The notes under the pieces: generated by a model
Told to the model about the DNA's origin: nothing
Seen by the model: only the letters and a program-made list of their open reading frames with translations
The model's database searches: none
Source: Eledone cirrhosa
Lineage: Eukaryota
Assembly: GCA_964016885.1 (NCBI GenBank)
Contig: OZ024747.1
Span: 66,154,001-66,218,000 of the forward strand
DNA length: 64,000 bases
Reading direction: 5' to 3'
In this document: positions 13,409-25,955 of the stretch, in pieces
Layout: the number at the start of each line of letters is the position of its first letter
Position numbering within the stretch: the first letter of the stretch is position 1
Translations under genes and position numbers: made by a program

Positions 13409-14675
13409 CAAGGTTTAGCAAATAAGAAAAAGTTTCAAAATAAATTTTAAAAGATTCACTGTACTCACTATGGTTACCTTTACCGAATCGGTTTCGAGTC
13501 TCAAAAATAAATGGACAGTCCTTGCGGCCTTCCATTGAAAAGATAAACTCTCGTCAGAAGGGTCTTTTCACTCGGAGAATATAAAATCCAGAGTTCAAAT
13601 TACGAACTGGCGCTATTCAAAATTGTTCCCGAGATGAGAATGAATGATGTGGAAGCAATTGTGTCCAGTGCCGTGTGTACAGATAGAAGCAGAGGCAGGG
13701 AGGTCAGTCTACTGCCACTATAAATAGCAGCAGTCAGAACGACAAAATTTTATCTCGACCGAGAGGAGAATAATAATAATAAAGTATATATCCCTACACG
13801 CAAAAAGCGTTTAGGGACACATGTATTGTCCAACTATATGCCAATGTGGTTCCTCGGGAATAATTTTGAATAGCGCCAGTTCGTAATTTGAACTCGGGAA
13901 TTTTATATTCTCCGAGTGAAAAGACCCTTCTGACGAGAGTTTATCTTTTCAATGGAAGGCCACAAGGACTGTCCATTTATTTTTGAGACTCGAAACCGAT
14001 TCGGTAAAGGTAACCATAGTGAGTACAGTGAATCTTTTAAAATTTATTTTGAAACTTTTTTCTTATTTGCTAAACCTTGATTATATATGTTCTGGCTCGT
14101 TAATTTATTAACCTGCCATTGAACCACATTGGCATATGGTTGGACAATACATGTCTCCCTAAACGCTTTTTGCGTGTAGGGATATATACTTTATTATTAT
14201 TATTCTCCTCTTGGTCGAGATAAAATTTGGTCGTTCTAACTGCTGCTATTTATAGTGGTAGTATACTGACCTCCTGCCTTTGCTTCTATCTTTACACACG
14301 GCACTGGACAGAATTGCTTCCACATCATTCATTCTCATCTCGGGAACAATTTTGAAAGCGCCAGTTCGTAATTTGAACTCGGGAATTTTATATTCTCCGA
14401 GTGAAAAGACCCTTCTCGCGAGAGTTTATCTTTTCAATGGAAGGCCGCAAGGACTGTCCATTTATTTTTGAGACTCGGAACCGATTCGGTAAAGGTAACC
14501 ATAGTGAGTACAGTGAATCTTTTAAAATTTATTTTAAAACTTTTTCTTATTTGCTAAACCTTGATTATATATGTTCTGGCTCGTTAATTTATTAACCTGC
14601 CATTGAACCACATTGGCATATGGTTGGACAATACATGTGTCCCTAAACGCTTTTTGCGTGTAGGGATATATACTT

Positions 14676-14680
<5 letters not shown>
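13406..14680. mobile_element. Non-coding tandem plus inverted element, 487-bp unit, in (TA)n
   Basis: 13853-14680 is about 1.7 tandem units (13853 repeats at about 14340); 13406-13852 is an inverted copy. Confidence 0.85.
13926..14010 (+). ncRNA. Type I hammerhead with enlarged stem II
   Basis: CCTT-CTGACGA-GAGTTT...AGACTC-GAA-ACCG att CGGT-A-AAGG. Mirror copy 13477-13561(-); core-mutated copy at about 14411-14495. Confidence 0.8.
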
Positions 14681-14741
<61 letters not shown>

Positions 14742-14880
14742 GTATATATAAGTTATTCCGGGTGTTCAATCGGGGCTAACCACAGTAAGTAAGGTACTCA
14801 ATACATAGCAGAGTATAAATGTTTAATATAGAAAATCTTCTACACGACTAGAACTGTTTCATTCGTGAGAAATCATCAGG

Positions 14881-14931
14881 AGCTTCCTGATGATTTCTCA
14901 CGAATGAAACAGTTCTAGTCCTGTAGAAGCT
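14881..14931 (+). ncRNA. Type I hammerhead in a palindromic TA-flanked element (about 14750-14945)
   Basis: AGCTTC-CTGATGA-t TTC tcac GAA t-GAA-ACAG ttctagtc CTGT-A-GAAGCT. Confidence 0.8.
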
Positions 14932-14943
14932 TTTCTATAATAA

Positions 14944-14975
<32 letters not shown>

Positions 14976-14981
<6 letters not shown>

Positions 14982-16398
14982 TAAAATATGTCTTTAGAAT
15001 CACTAGATATAATATATACCATTTCCTCTCCCAATTAGTATAATTAACCATATAAAAAATCAATTAGACCAAGCTATAAGAATAAAGGCTCCTATGAAGA
15101 AATCTCCGACAAATAACCGAAAGCAGCTCCTTCGCGGTGGCTACAATCGATTATTTATCTAACATTTCGACAGCATGTAAAAATCGACCAGATATACAGT
15201 CAACTAAACACAATTAGGTGTAAAATTGAACTTAGAAGAATTGCGTACAAACCTAATTACCTCTACCATGGTTTCATCCGTAATTTAAGACATCCGATAA
15301 CAAGGAATGTCCAGAGCTTCGGAATCATCAGGAGCGAGCTCAAAATAAGACATTTAATTTTCCAAAGTGATCGCGCCAAAAATACATTAAAAAATGGCTA
15401 AGAATCGTGACGTGTCAGCGGTCAAGTTAGAAAGGATGTGATTAGTTGCTTACGGCGGGTAGGCTTAATTGCTAGAAAGCGCAGCCTAATACCGACAAAT
15501 TGTATCTCAACCTAACGGGAGATTATTACATATAAAGATTTATATATATATATAAAGTCATAGATATATATGTGTTTTGCAACCGGTCACGTTGTGGCTC
15601 AATGAGAAATTAATAAATTAAATTAAATAATCAGAGCTATATATCATAAAATATGTCTTTAGAATCACTAGATATAATATATACCATTTCCTCTCCCAAT
15701 TAGTATAATTAACCATATAAAAAATCAATTAGACCAAGCTATAAGAATAAAGGCTCCTATGAAGAAACAATTTGGCGGTATTAGGCTGCGCTTTCTAGCA
15801 ATAAGCCTACCCGCCGTAAGCAACTAATCACATCCTTTCTAACTTGACCGCTGACACGTCACGATTCTTAGCCATTTTTTAATGTATTTTTGGCGCGATC
15901 ACTTTGGAAAATTAAATGTCTTATTTTGAGCTCGCTCCTGATGATTCCGAAGCTCTGGACATTCCTTGTTATCGGATGTCTTAAATTACGGATGAAACCA
16001 TGGTAGAGGTAATTAGGTATGCACGCAATTCTTCTAAGTTCAATTTTACACCTAATTGTGTTTAGTTGACTGTATATCTGGTCGATTTTTACATGCTGTC
16101 GAAATGTTAGATAAATAATCTATTGTAGTCACCGCGAAGGGACTGCTTTCGGTTATTTGTCGGAGATTTCTTCATAGGAGCCTTTATTCTTATAGCTTGG
16201 TCTAATTGATTTTTTATATGGTTAATTATACTAATTGGGAGAGGAAATGGTATATATTATATCTAGTGATTCTAAAGACATATTTTATGATATATAGCTT
16301 TGATTATTTTATTTAATTTATTAATTTCTCATTGAGCCACAACGTGACCGGTTGCAAAACACATATATATCTATGACTTTATATATATATATGTAAAT

Positions 16399-16402
<4 letters not shown>
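14976..16402. mobile_element. Non-coding tandem plus inverted element, 665-bp unit, in (TA)n
   Basis: 14976-15101 repeats directly at 15641-15767; 15768-16402 is an inverted, permuted copy. Confidence 0.85.
15935..16008 (+). ncRNA. Type I hammerhead with enlarged stem II
   Basis: CTC-CTGATGA-t TCCG..GACAT..ATGTC..CGGA t-GAA-ACCATGGT-A-GAG. Mirror copy 15261-15334(-). Confidence 0.75.
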
Positions 16403-16437
<35 letters not shown>

Positions 16438-16497
16438 GTATTATAGTATTAAGAAGATTGGCGGCCATTAGCAGTAGATTTAGGTTTATTTAAGTCT

Positions 16498-16555
16498 CCG
16501 AGATACATATTTCACCGCGGACAACCAATATTGATAGCCAGAGCTCTTCAGACGG
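16498..16555 (-). ncRNA. Candidate hammerhead (weak stems)
   Basis: CCGt-CTGAAGA-weak stem II-GAA-ATAtgTAT-C-tCGG, about 65 nt from a (TA)n tract. Confidence 0.45.
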
Positions 16556-17344
16556 CATAACATTCTTTTAAAATATCCTGAAAATATTAAGAACTTCTTT
16601 AAAAAAATCAAAAAACTTTCTCGAAACACTTTTCCTTTACGATGTACAAGGGACGGCTGAATGGGTTGATGTTGTTTCTTCGCCGGCCGGCCCCTATATA
16701 CACTTGTGCGTGTATCTGTGTGTGTCTGCTTGAGTCCTTCTTTATGTAAATTAGTAGTCCAACAAGTGATAACGACAAAATATGTACTACGGTTGATATG
16801 ATTAACTAAATTTCTCAAAAGTGTTAGCCAAGCATGAGTGCAGTCTAATGAATGGAAGCAGTAAAAAATAAAAAGAGAATACATAATGCAGAAAGGCTAT
16901 AGAGGAAGATGATGAGTGAAATCAACAAGCAAAACCAGATTAATTCTGGTTTTTAAAAAGAACGGAGAAATTCTTGACAATTTACCGTTTTTCCAACACC
17001 CCACTTATTCCAACCACCCCTTTTATTCCAGACCCTCCGCTTATTCAAACTCCTATTATTTGGGAACTGAGAGTACGTAAATTTCTAGTTTTAGAATTTT
17101 GTATATTCTATGTATACTGTTTGAAATCAGTTGAGTTTCTTTATTTTAAAGAACCTTTTTGAAATCCATACGGTAATGTGTGGTTTTTAATCAATTGTGG
17201 AATTGATGGGGTGCGTTATTTTCGTTGGAGTAGGCATCAACTCTTCTCAATACCGTCCGTCCCCCATATATATATATATATAGACTATACATATATATAT
17301 AGAGACTATATATATATATATTTATATATATATATTTATATCTG

Positions 17345-17703
<359 letters not shown>

Positions 17704-18036
17704 TGTGTGTGTTTGTGTTTGTGTATTTACATGTATGTGCCTGCGCGCGTGCGTTAGACATCCATCGATTCCGACAACGAATTTTCCAGTTCATTCACCT
17801 GATCCTAAGCATTCCAGAGACACGTGTATACTTAACGTTGTTATCAGTATATTAGGACCGTCAATTTATACAACAAATATTGATTTATACAATCCGATAA
17901 TAAATGATGGTTTGAGGATTAAATTTATGAAAAAAATGTTTAATTTAATGTAGTTTTCTGTGAGGAAATTTCACGGAATATGTAAAGGAGTAACATGACG
18001 AGAAAGAGGATGATGATGATGGTGATGATGATGATG

Positions 18037-18106
<70 letters not shown>

Positions 18107-19662
18107 GGGATGAAGACGCACGAGGTGGCGGAAGGTCATGAAATCGCTCCCGTAAGTTTTGAATTTTTAACATATTTAAATCATTTGTGAAATAACAACT
18201 CTTAGTACAAATGCTACGTAAAGCATCCGGCTTGAGCCCCAAAAAATTCGGACCCAAAATATATTGTTATAAGGCACAAATATTCAAATATTTACCTTTG
18301 TATTGTACATTGTATATTCAAAAAAGAAAATGGCTATAAATGGAAGAAGAAACCCCCCCCCCTCCTCTGTCTACACTATATAGAACAGCCAAACAACACC
18401 AATCTCACCAACACCAGAAACTAGATACACCACCTAACCCATCACCTCTCTGTGTACACTAAACACAACAGCCAGATAACGGCAATTTCACCACCACCAT
18501 TCACTACTGCCATCATTACCACCACTATCCCATCACCGCCGCCACCACTCCTTCATTGCTACCACCGCTACAAGACCATCACTACAGTAATACGATCACA
18601 TCACCACCACCACTGCCTCGGTATCGACATCACCACCACCACTGTCTCAGTATCGATACCGCCGCTACTGTCTCCCACATCTCCCCGCTGGCTGCTGCAA
18701 CCACATTATAGAATTACTATTATAGAATTACTATTATTATTGTCTCAAATTTAAAAAAAAAATGTTTAATTCCAAATTTACGGGAATATGTCAACACTAA
18801 ATATAATAAAAATATATATTAAACATACGAACACAAACTCATAGATACTACATATCAGTAACCAAAACGCCACCGCTTCCACCACCCCACCCCATCCATC
18901 ATTGCTACCACTATCCCATCGTCGCCGCCACCACTCCTTCAATGCTACCACCACTATTCCCCTGTTAACTTGAGAGAGAAAGGGGAAGGTGGCGGTATCA
19001 CTAGACAAGGGAGAGGCTAGCAAAAGATATAAATAGATTGACTTAGTGACCTGGCCACCAAACGTCAACATCAACAACTATGGGACTGCTGGCTCACCCC
19101 TTCCTCACCAACAATATAAAAAGCCCCGGCACCACCACCGACATAGCCAACAACAATAACAGCCAACTACAACAAAAAGTATATTATATTATTGTGGTGC
19201 ACTGGGTGATTGCTGGCCTTGTGCCTGGAGTGGAGACAATTATTAATAATTTCATTCTTAAGCCACGCAATGCTCACATTAAGGAACCACTCATGAAAAT
19301 AACAATTTAAAAAAACAACAAAAAGAAAACCCCGTGACCAAGAAATACCGGGATGGCGGCCGGCGGGGAATAGCCGTGTCTCTAGGGGAGGACGACTCCT
19401 CTAGTCTTGGTTGACACTCGTTCTAGAAGTGGTAACACGAAATGATTACCCCTTGGCGGATAAGGATAAAACGCGACAAAATAAAGTAAATGTCTAATGA
19501 TAAAATCTCATACCGGATCGGCCGTCACCCGGGTAAAAAAGGGCCGCGTCCCTCAGAGAGGAACCAGACTGGGGTCGAAAAATCAGCTAATGGTTCAAAC
19601 CTTCCCATCACTTCGGAGCTGGAGACCTCCCATAACCGGAATACTCCTACTGTTGGCCCTCC

Positions 19663-22215
19663 ATGCTCACCACCAAGAAATCCAAAGAAAAAGAGAGAAA
19701 ATGGTCAAGGGAAGATAATAAAGAAGTCCTTGAGGCTTTCTACACTGCCATGTACTACCCATCAAATACATCGAATACAGAACAGACATATATCAACTGG
19801 AAAAAGAAACATCCCGAAAACAGAGGCTATATTGACAGTAACAAACTAGCCAATATACGAAGAAATATTGTAAGAAAAAAGTTACTAACTGATATAGAAA
19901 TCGATCAGATCAAGCTATTAGCACAAAGTCAGCGAAGGGAAAATGAAACATGTGTCAGTGAAAACGAGGTAAACTGTAACACTTCGAATCCCAGGGTTGG
20001 GGCGGAATCACTGGCAACAGAACAAATTAAAGAAAGGATCGAAAAAGTGGAGGGAGTGCATGCTCAGGATGAAACTCCAAATGAAAATAATGAGATCGTA
20101 AATGATAAAGAAATGAATGAGAATGAACTTGCCAACTTGAAGGATGAAATTATGATCGAATGGATGAAAATGAAAGAATCTGACATGGGGCAACGAGACA
20201 CCCTCCCTAAGATCCAGAACTCCAAACAGAACCAAAAGATAATACACAAGACTAACATAATTCTCAAAAACATTATCATCACAAACAAACTAAACATTAC
20301 TGATTTAAATCATCTCTATTATGCATCGGCTAAAGTCACCACTCACTTATGTGGAGTGAAGATGAAAAAACAAAGGAATTCCCACAAGAAATCTACTTGG
20401 CAAGAGAACATCAATCGCCAAATAAACCTTCTCCGATCTGACATAGAAATTTTAACAGACTATAAAGTAGGTGAACATGTTAAACAATCTAAACTTAGAA
20501 AATTGAAAAAAAAGTACAGTATAAAATCAACATGTGTCATAGACATGCTGATAGAAATAATCAAGCAAAAAGTGTCGGCCAAAGCTGCTCGTATAAGGCG
20601 CTTTGAAAAACGATTTAGATTCTATAAGGACAATAATATGTTCAAAAACAACCAAAGAAACTTCTACAGAAAAATTGGTAAGTCAACAATAACTGCTAAA
20701 TCAATACCACCCAAGGAGGAAGTGCAAGAATTCTGGGAAAAGATCTGGGCCGAAGAAAAAGTTCATAACATACATGCCCCATGGATAGACAGACAAATGA
20801 AAGATACAGCTCACCTTGAGGAACAAACATGGGAAAATATAACAGTTGAACAGTTGCGCTTGGCTCTAAGAAAAACCAGCAAATGGAAATCCCCAGGAAA
20901 AGACAAAATACAAAACTTTTGGATAAATGCCTTCACAGAGTCTCATGAGCTGTTAGCCCAACTTTACAATGAAATAGTTAAGGAGCCAGAAAAGATACCT
21001 CCATGGCTAGTTAACGGCATTACATTCCTGCTTCCGAAGAATGATGAGACAAACAATCCCCAAAATTACAGACCGATAACTTGCTTGACCACAATGTATA
21101 AAATTTTAACATCAGTCCTAACTGAATACACATATGACCACCTGATAACAAATGACCTATTTCCCATTGAGCAGAAAGGGTGTAAACGAGGCTCATATGG
21201 CTGTAAGGATCAGCTTCTGGTTAACAAAATGATTCTGGAAGATTGTCATAATAGACACAAAAATCTATCAATTGCTTGGATAGATTATAAAAAAGCATTC
21301 GATAGTTTGCCACACAGTTGGATTGAAAAATGTTTAGAGATTTTCAAAATATCCCCCGTTGTCAGGAGGTTTTTGTCATTCAGTATGAAGACATGGAAAA
21401 CGACACTCCTTTTGAATAGTGAAACAAAATCACTGGAAGCTGGAGAAGTTAATATTAATTGTGGAATTTTTCAGGGTGACTCTTTATCACCGCTTTTATT
21501 CTGCATCCCACTTATACCATTAAGTAAAATGCTCAATGAAACAAAACATGGATATAAAGTCTATGACAAAACCATTAATCACCTGTTCTACATGGATGAC
21601 CTGAAACTATTTGCAAAAAATGATGAACAATTGCAAGGGCTATTATCCACTGTGAAGCAGTTCAGTGATGACATTAAAATGGAGTTTGGACTAGATAAAT
21701 GCGCCAAAGCAACGTTCACCAGAGGAGAGCTGCTGAAGAGTTCAGACATTAATCTTGATCGGGGGAACGTGATAAGAGAACATGATCAAGAAAAAACTTA
21801 CAAATATCTAGGTGTTTGTGAAGGAGACGGAATCAAGCACTCGACAATGAGGGAAAGGATAAGGAAGGAATGTTACCGCAGAGTAGGAACAATCTTAAGA
21901 ACGGAATTGAATGCATGGAATAGGATCGATGCCATAAACACGCTTGCCATACCAGTAGTAACCTGCAGTTACAATGTCATCAACTGGTCAAGCACAGAGA
22001 TCCGTAGGCTCGATACAAAAATTCGAAAATTCTTAACCATGCACAGAATGCATCACCCTAAGGCAGATATAGATAGAATATATCTCCCTAGGAAAGAAGG
22101 AGGACGTGGGTTAATCCAGTTAGACATTGCGTTGAAAACTGCAACAATTGGATTATCTACATATCTAAGGGAATCATATGTGGTTGGCATCCTCTGGACT
22201 GAAATCGGAGACTGA
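19663..22215 (+). CDS. R4/Dong polyprotein, N-terminal domain and RT
   Basis: RKWSREDNKEVLEAFY; WKSPGKD; NYRPITCL; IDYKKAFDS; GIFQGDSLSP; FYMDD; YKYLG. Confidence 0.9.
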   Translation: MLTTKKSKEKERKWSREDNKEVLEAFYTAMYYPSNTSNTEQTYINWKKKHPENRGYIDSNKLANIRRNIVRKKLLTDIEIDQIKLLAQSQRRENETCVSENEVNCNTSNPRVGAESLATEQIKERIEKVEGVHAQDETPNENNEIVNDKEMNENELANLKDEIMIEWMKMKESDMGQRDTLPKIQNSKQNQKIIHKTNIILKNIIITNKLNITDLNHLYYASAKVTTHLCGVKMKKQRNSHKKSTWQENINRQINLLRSDIEILTDYKVGEHVKQSKLRKLKKKYSIKSTCVIDMLIEIIKQKVSAKAARIRRFEKRFRFYKDNNMFKNNQRNFYRKIGKSTITAKSIPPKEEVQEFWEKIWAEEKVHNIHAPWIDRQMKDTAHLEEQTWENITVEQLRLALRKTSKWKSPGKDKIQNFWINAFTESHELLAQLYNEIVKEPEKIPPWLVNGITFLLPKNDETNNPQNYRPITCLTTMYKILTSVLTEYTYDHLITNDLFPIEQKGCKRGSYGCKDQLLVNKMILEDCHNRHKNLSIAWIDYKKAFDSLPHSWIEKCLEIFKISPVVRRFLSFSMKTWKTTLLLNSETKSLEAGEVNINCGIFQGDSLSPLLFCIPLIPLSKMLNETKHGYKVYDKTINHLFYMDDLKLFAKNDEQLQGLLSTVKQFSDDIKMEFGLDKCAKATFTRGELLKSSDINLDRGNVIREHDQEKTYKYLGVCEGDGIKHSTMRERIRKECYRRVGTILRTELNAWNRIDAINTLAIPVVTCSYNVINWSSTEIRRLDTKIRKFLTMHRMHHPKADIDRIYLPRKEGGRGLIQLDIALKTATIGLSTYLRESYVVGILWTEIGD

Positions 22216-22868
22216 AGGACTGATTATATCGGCACAAGATCAGTGTCTGCCAACAAAAAATTACCAAGCCAACATAATAAAAAATGGGTGCAGCCCATTA
22301 TACCGTGTATGCAAAAAACAACCAGAGACCATTGACCATATAATTTCAATGTGCAGTCCTATAGCTCCAACCGAATACCTAAACAGGCATGACAGAGCTG
22401 CACAATACATACATTGGATAATGTGTAAGCATTTTGACCTGCCCCATCAAAAGAATTGGTGGGAGCATCAGCCACCTCCCATACTTGAAAAAGATCACAT
22501 CTCAATCTTGTGGAACTTTAGCATCCAAACAGACCGAAAAATAGATGCAAACAGACCTGATATAATATTGAAAGACTTTCAAAAGAGGGTATGCCTGCTA
22601 ATTGATATGTCTGTTCCAATAGACAAGAATGTATCTATAAAAACATTTGAAAAATTGAGCAAGTATAAGGACCTGGAGATAGAAATTGGAAAAAATGTGG
22701 AAATTGAGAACTAAAACAATACCAGTGGTTGTAGGCGCTCTCGGAATTATACCTAAGGGGTCTAATGATTACTTATCGCAAATCCCAGGAAACCCGCGTA
22801 TAGGAGAAATACAAAAGATAGTACTAATGGGAACTGCCCATATACTAAGGAAGATTCTGTCAATATAA
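22178..22868 (+). pseudogene. Frameshifted zinc knuckle and restriction-like endonuclease of the same element
   Basis: YRVCKKQPETIDHIISMC (first Cys mutated), RHD, NRPDII...IDMSVP...KY.DL, then IPVVVGALG. Confidence 0.85.
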
Positions 22869-23011
22869 GTACATCACAAGTCTAAACACTAAAGATGCAT
22901 GTGTGAATATGTATGTTCTTTCTTGAACATGGCGGACCTTGTTGTCTCTTGAGGTCACTGGTTGTGACTTGGTGATAACTCGTATGAACATAAAGCAAGA
23001 TAAATGCAACT

Positions 23012-23068
<57 letters not shown>

Positions 23069-23071
<3 letters not shown>

Positions 23072-25937
23072 GAAAAAAAAAAGAAACAACAGCTAAGATA
23101 AACAAAGTCATCCCATACCTTGAGGCGAGGAGCCTTCACCAGTGCAACAATATGCTCAAAGCAACAGCAAATACGGTGAGGAAACTACTTGGTATAAAAG
23201 CGAGAGGAAACAACAGACAAGAAAGAGCAGAGCCTTGGTGGAAGAAACGACTTAGTGGTCAAATCAGGGAAATGAGAAATGACATTGGAAAGCTTGAGTC
23301 ACTACTGAATGGGACACTAAAAAACATAGGCACTAAAATAGACTGGAAATAAAGTACAGAACTAGGAGGAAAAAGCTAAATATTATCATAGAGGAACTGA
23401 AGCAACGCATTGTAGCAAAGAGTGCAAAAATCAGGCGATACGAGAACAGAGTCAGTCAGTATAAACAGAACCGCATGTTCGACAACAACCAGAAGATGCT
23501 GTTTGGACAGCTTGAGGGGAAAGAAAGAGGCAACGACTTGATCCCTGAGGCGGAACAAACTAAAACATTCCGGAGAGGAATATGGGAGCAGGATGTTAGA
23601 CATAATGACCAGGCACGGTGGATTGAGACAGTACAGAGGGAGATCGGTGAGCAGGCACACCAACAAACTGATTTGAGTATCACAGTTGAAACTCTTAAGG
23701 GGCAGGCCAAAAAGCTAACCAACTGGAAATCACCTGGCCCAGATTGTGTGCAGGTGTATTGGATTAAAAATATAACATCCCTCCACCCGAAACTGTCAAC
23801 CATGTTCAATGACTGCTTGATGTCAGGTGAGGTACTAGAGTGGTTGACAAAAGGTACCACAGTTCTGATAATGAAAGACCGAATCAAGGGTAATGATGTT
23901 ACCAACTATAGACCTATCACATGTCTGTCCGTAATGTGGAAACTGTTGACGAGCATTGTGTCTGAGGAAATCTACCATCACCTCCACACAAACAACTTGT
24001 TACCGGACGAGCAGAAAGGATGCCGAAAGAAGTCACGTGGTACAAAGGACCAGTTACTTATTGATAAGATGGTAATGGGGAATTGCAGGAGGAGACACAC
24101 TGATCTTGCCATGGGATGGATAGACTACAGAAAGGCACTTGGCATGGTGCCTCATTCTTGGATCACCAAAAGCCTGGAGATCTTCAAGGTGGCAGATAAC
24201 ATCAAACAGTTGTTGGGCAAGAGTATGAGGTCCTGGGAAACAGAGTTGACATCAACTGGAGAATCCTTGGGAAGCGTGAAGATCAAGAGTGGTATCTTCC
24301 AGGGAGATAGCCTGTTCCCTCTGTTGTTTGTCCTTGCCCTGATGCCCCTGACCAGTGTACTGCGAAAAGTGAGAGCAGGATACGGGTTGGGAAAGGGAGG
24401 GCTTACCATCAATCACCTCCTCTTCATGGACGATCTTAAGCTCTTCGGGAAGAATGAGAAGGAGTTGGATGTGCTTGTTGACACTGTCCGTATTTTCAGC
24501 AATGATATATGTATGCAGTTTGGTATTAGTAAGTGTGGAGTCATTGTGATGAGGAGGGGTAGGTTGAGCAGAAGTAACGGGATCCAGATACCAACAGGTG
24601 AGATGATAAAGGAAATTGACTCTGAGGAAGGATACAAGTATTTGGGCGTTCTGGAGGCTGATGGCATAAAGAACAAAAAATGAAGGAATTGTTAAGAACT
24701 GAATACATTCGGAGAGTAAGGAGCGTATTGAAGTCACATCTGAACAGCAGAAATGCCATAAGCGCAGTAATTCCCGAGCTGTGTCTATTATTAGGTACAG
24801 TACGGGAATTCTGAGATGGAATGTTGCTGAACAAAAAGAAATGGATGGGAAGACTAGGAAGCTATTGACTATCTACAACATGTTCCACAAGAGGAGTGAT
24901 GTCGATAGACTCTACCTAAGGAGATCTGAGGGTGGAAGAGGAGGTTTTATCAACATAGAGGACTGTGTTCAGATGGAGAAAAACAACCTACACAAATACG
25001 TGACTGATAGTAAGGAGCCAATGCTCAGAACTGTACTGAAGGAAGGGACAATAGGCCAGGGGATGTCCAAGGAGGAAATAACATCAAGGAGAAAGAGCAG
25101 CCTTCAGGAAAAATCCCTTCATAGTACCTTCTTTGAGAAAACTGAATTTAGAGATCCACAGACATGGAACTGGTTAAGAAGAGGAGACCTTAAAAAGGCT
25201 ACAGAAGGAATGTTAATGGCTGCGCAGGAGCAGGCCCTCAAAATGAATTGGTTGAAACCCCATATTTACAAGGAGGAGGCTAGCCCACTGTGCAGGATCT
25301 GTGGAGAGAGAGAGGAGACTGTGGCTCACATTGTATCCGAGTGTAAACACCTAGCCCAGACCCACTATAAGGGCTGGAGACATGATGTGATAGGCAGGGT
25401 GATCCACTGGCACCTGTGCAAAGTAAACAATTTACCACATTCTGAGAAATGGTATGAGCATAAGCCAGAGGCGGTGATGGAGAACGATCAGGTGAAGGTG
25501 CTGTGGGATTTTAGGATACAGACGGACAAGAAACTGGAACACAATAGACCTGACCTGGTGGTTGTGGACAAAGAAAAAAGATCGTGTCTGATTGTGGATG
25601 TGGCCTGCCCATTCGACACGAGAGTGCAAGAGAAGGAGAGGGAGAAAATTAACCGATACCAGGACTTAAAGTGGGAGGTAAAAAGGATTTGGAGCTGCCA
25701 TGAAGTCAAAGTGATCCCGATTGTCATAGGCGCACTGGGGACTATCTCCAAAAGTGTCCAGGGATGGTTAAAGAAAATCGGCCCCTTCACGCTTTTTGGA
25801 ACGCTTCAAAAGGCATGCTTGCTGGGAACAGCAAGAACCCTCCGATACGTCCTGAATATCTGAGGCTGCAGGTAGTGGCTTGATATTCATTCCAACGGAC
25901 TTTCCAGTTAACTAACATCAATGACTGAGATTCAAGG
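23069..25937 (+). mobile_element. Second R4/Dong family, 5'-truncated and frameshifted, in tandem with the first
   Basis: ORFs 23475-24683 (RT, LFMDD) and 24781-25863 (CCHC finger, NRPDL RLE); (TAA)n on both sides. Confidence 0.92.
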
Positions 25938-25955
25938 AATAATAATAATAATAAT

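Larger units (their letters stand above)
19331..23012 (+). mobile_element. Near full-length R4/Dong-clade RLE non-LTR retrotransposon
   Basis: Single RT-CCHC-RLE ORF broken by two frameshifts, structured leader, short 3' UTR, ends in (TAA)n at 23013-23068. Confidence 0.92.
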
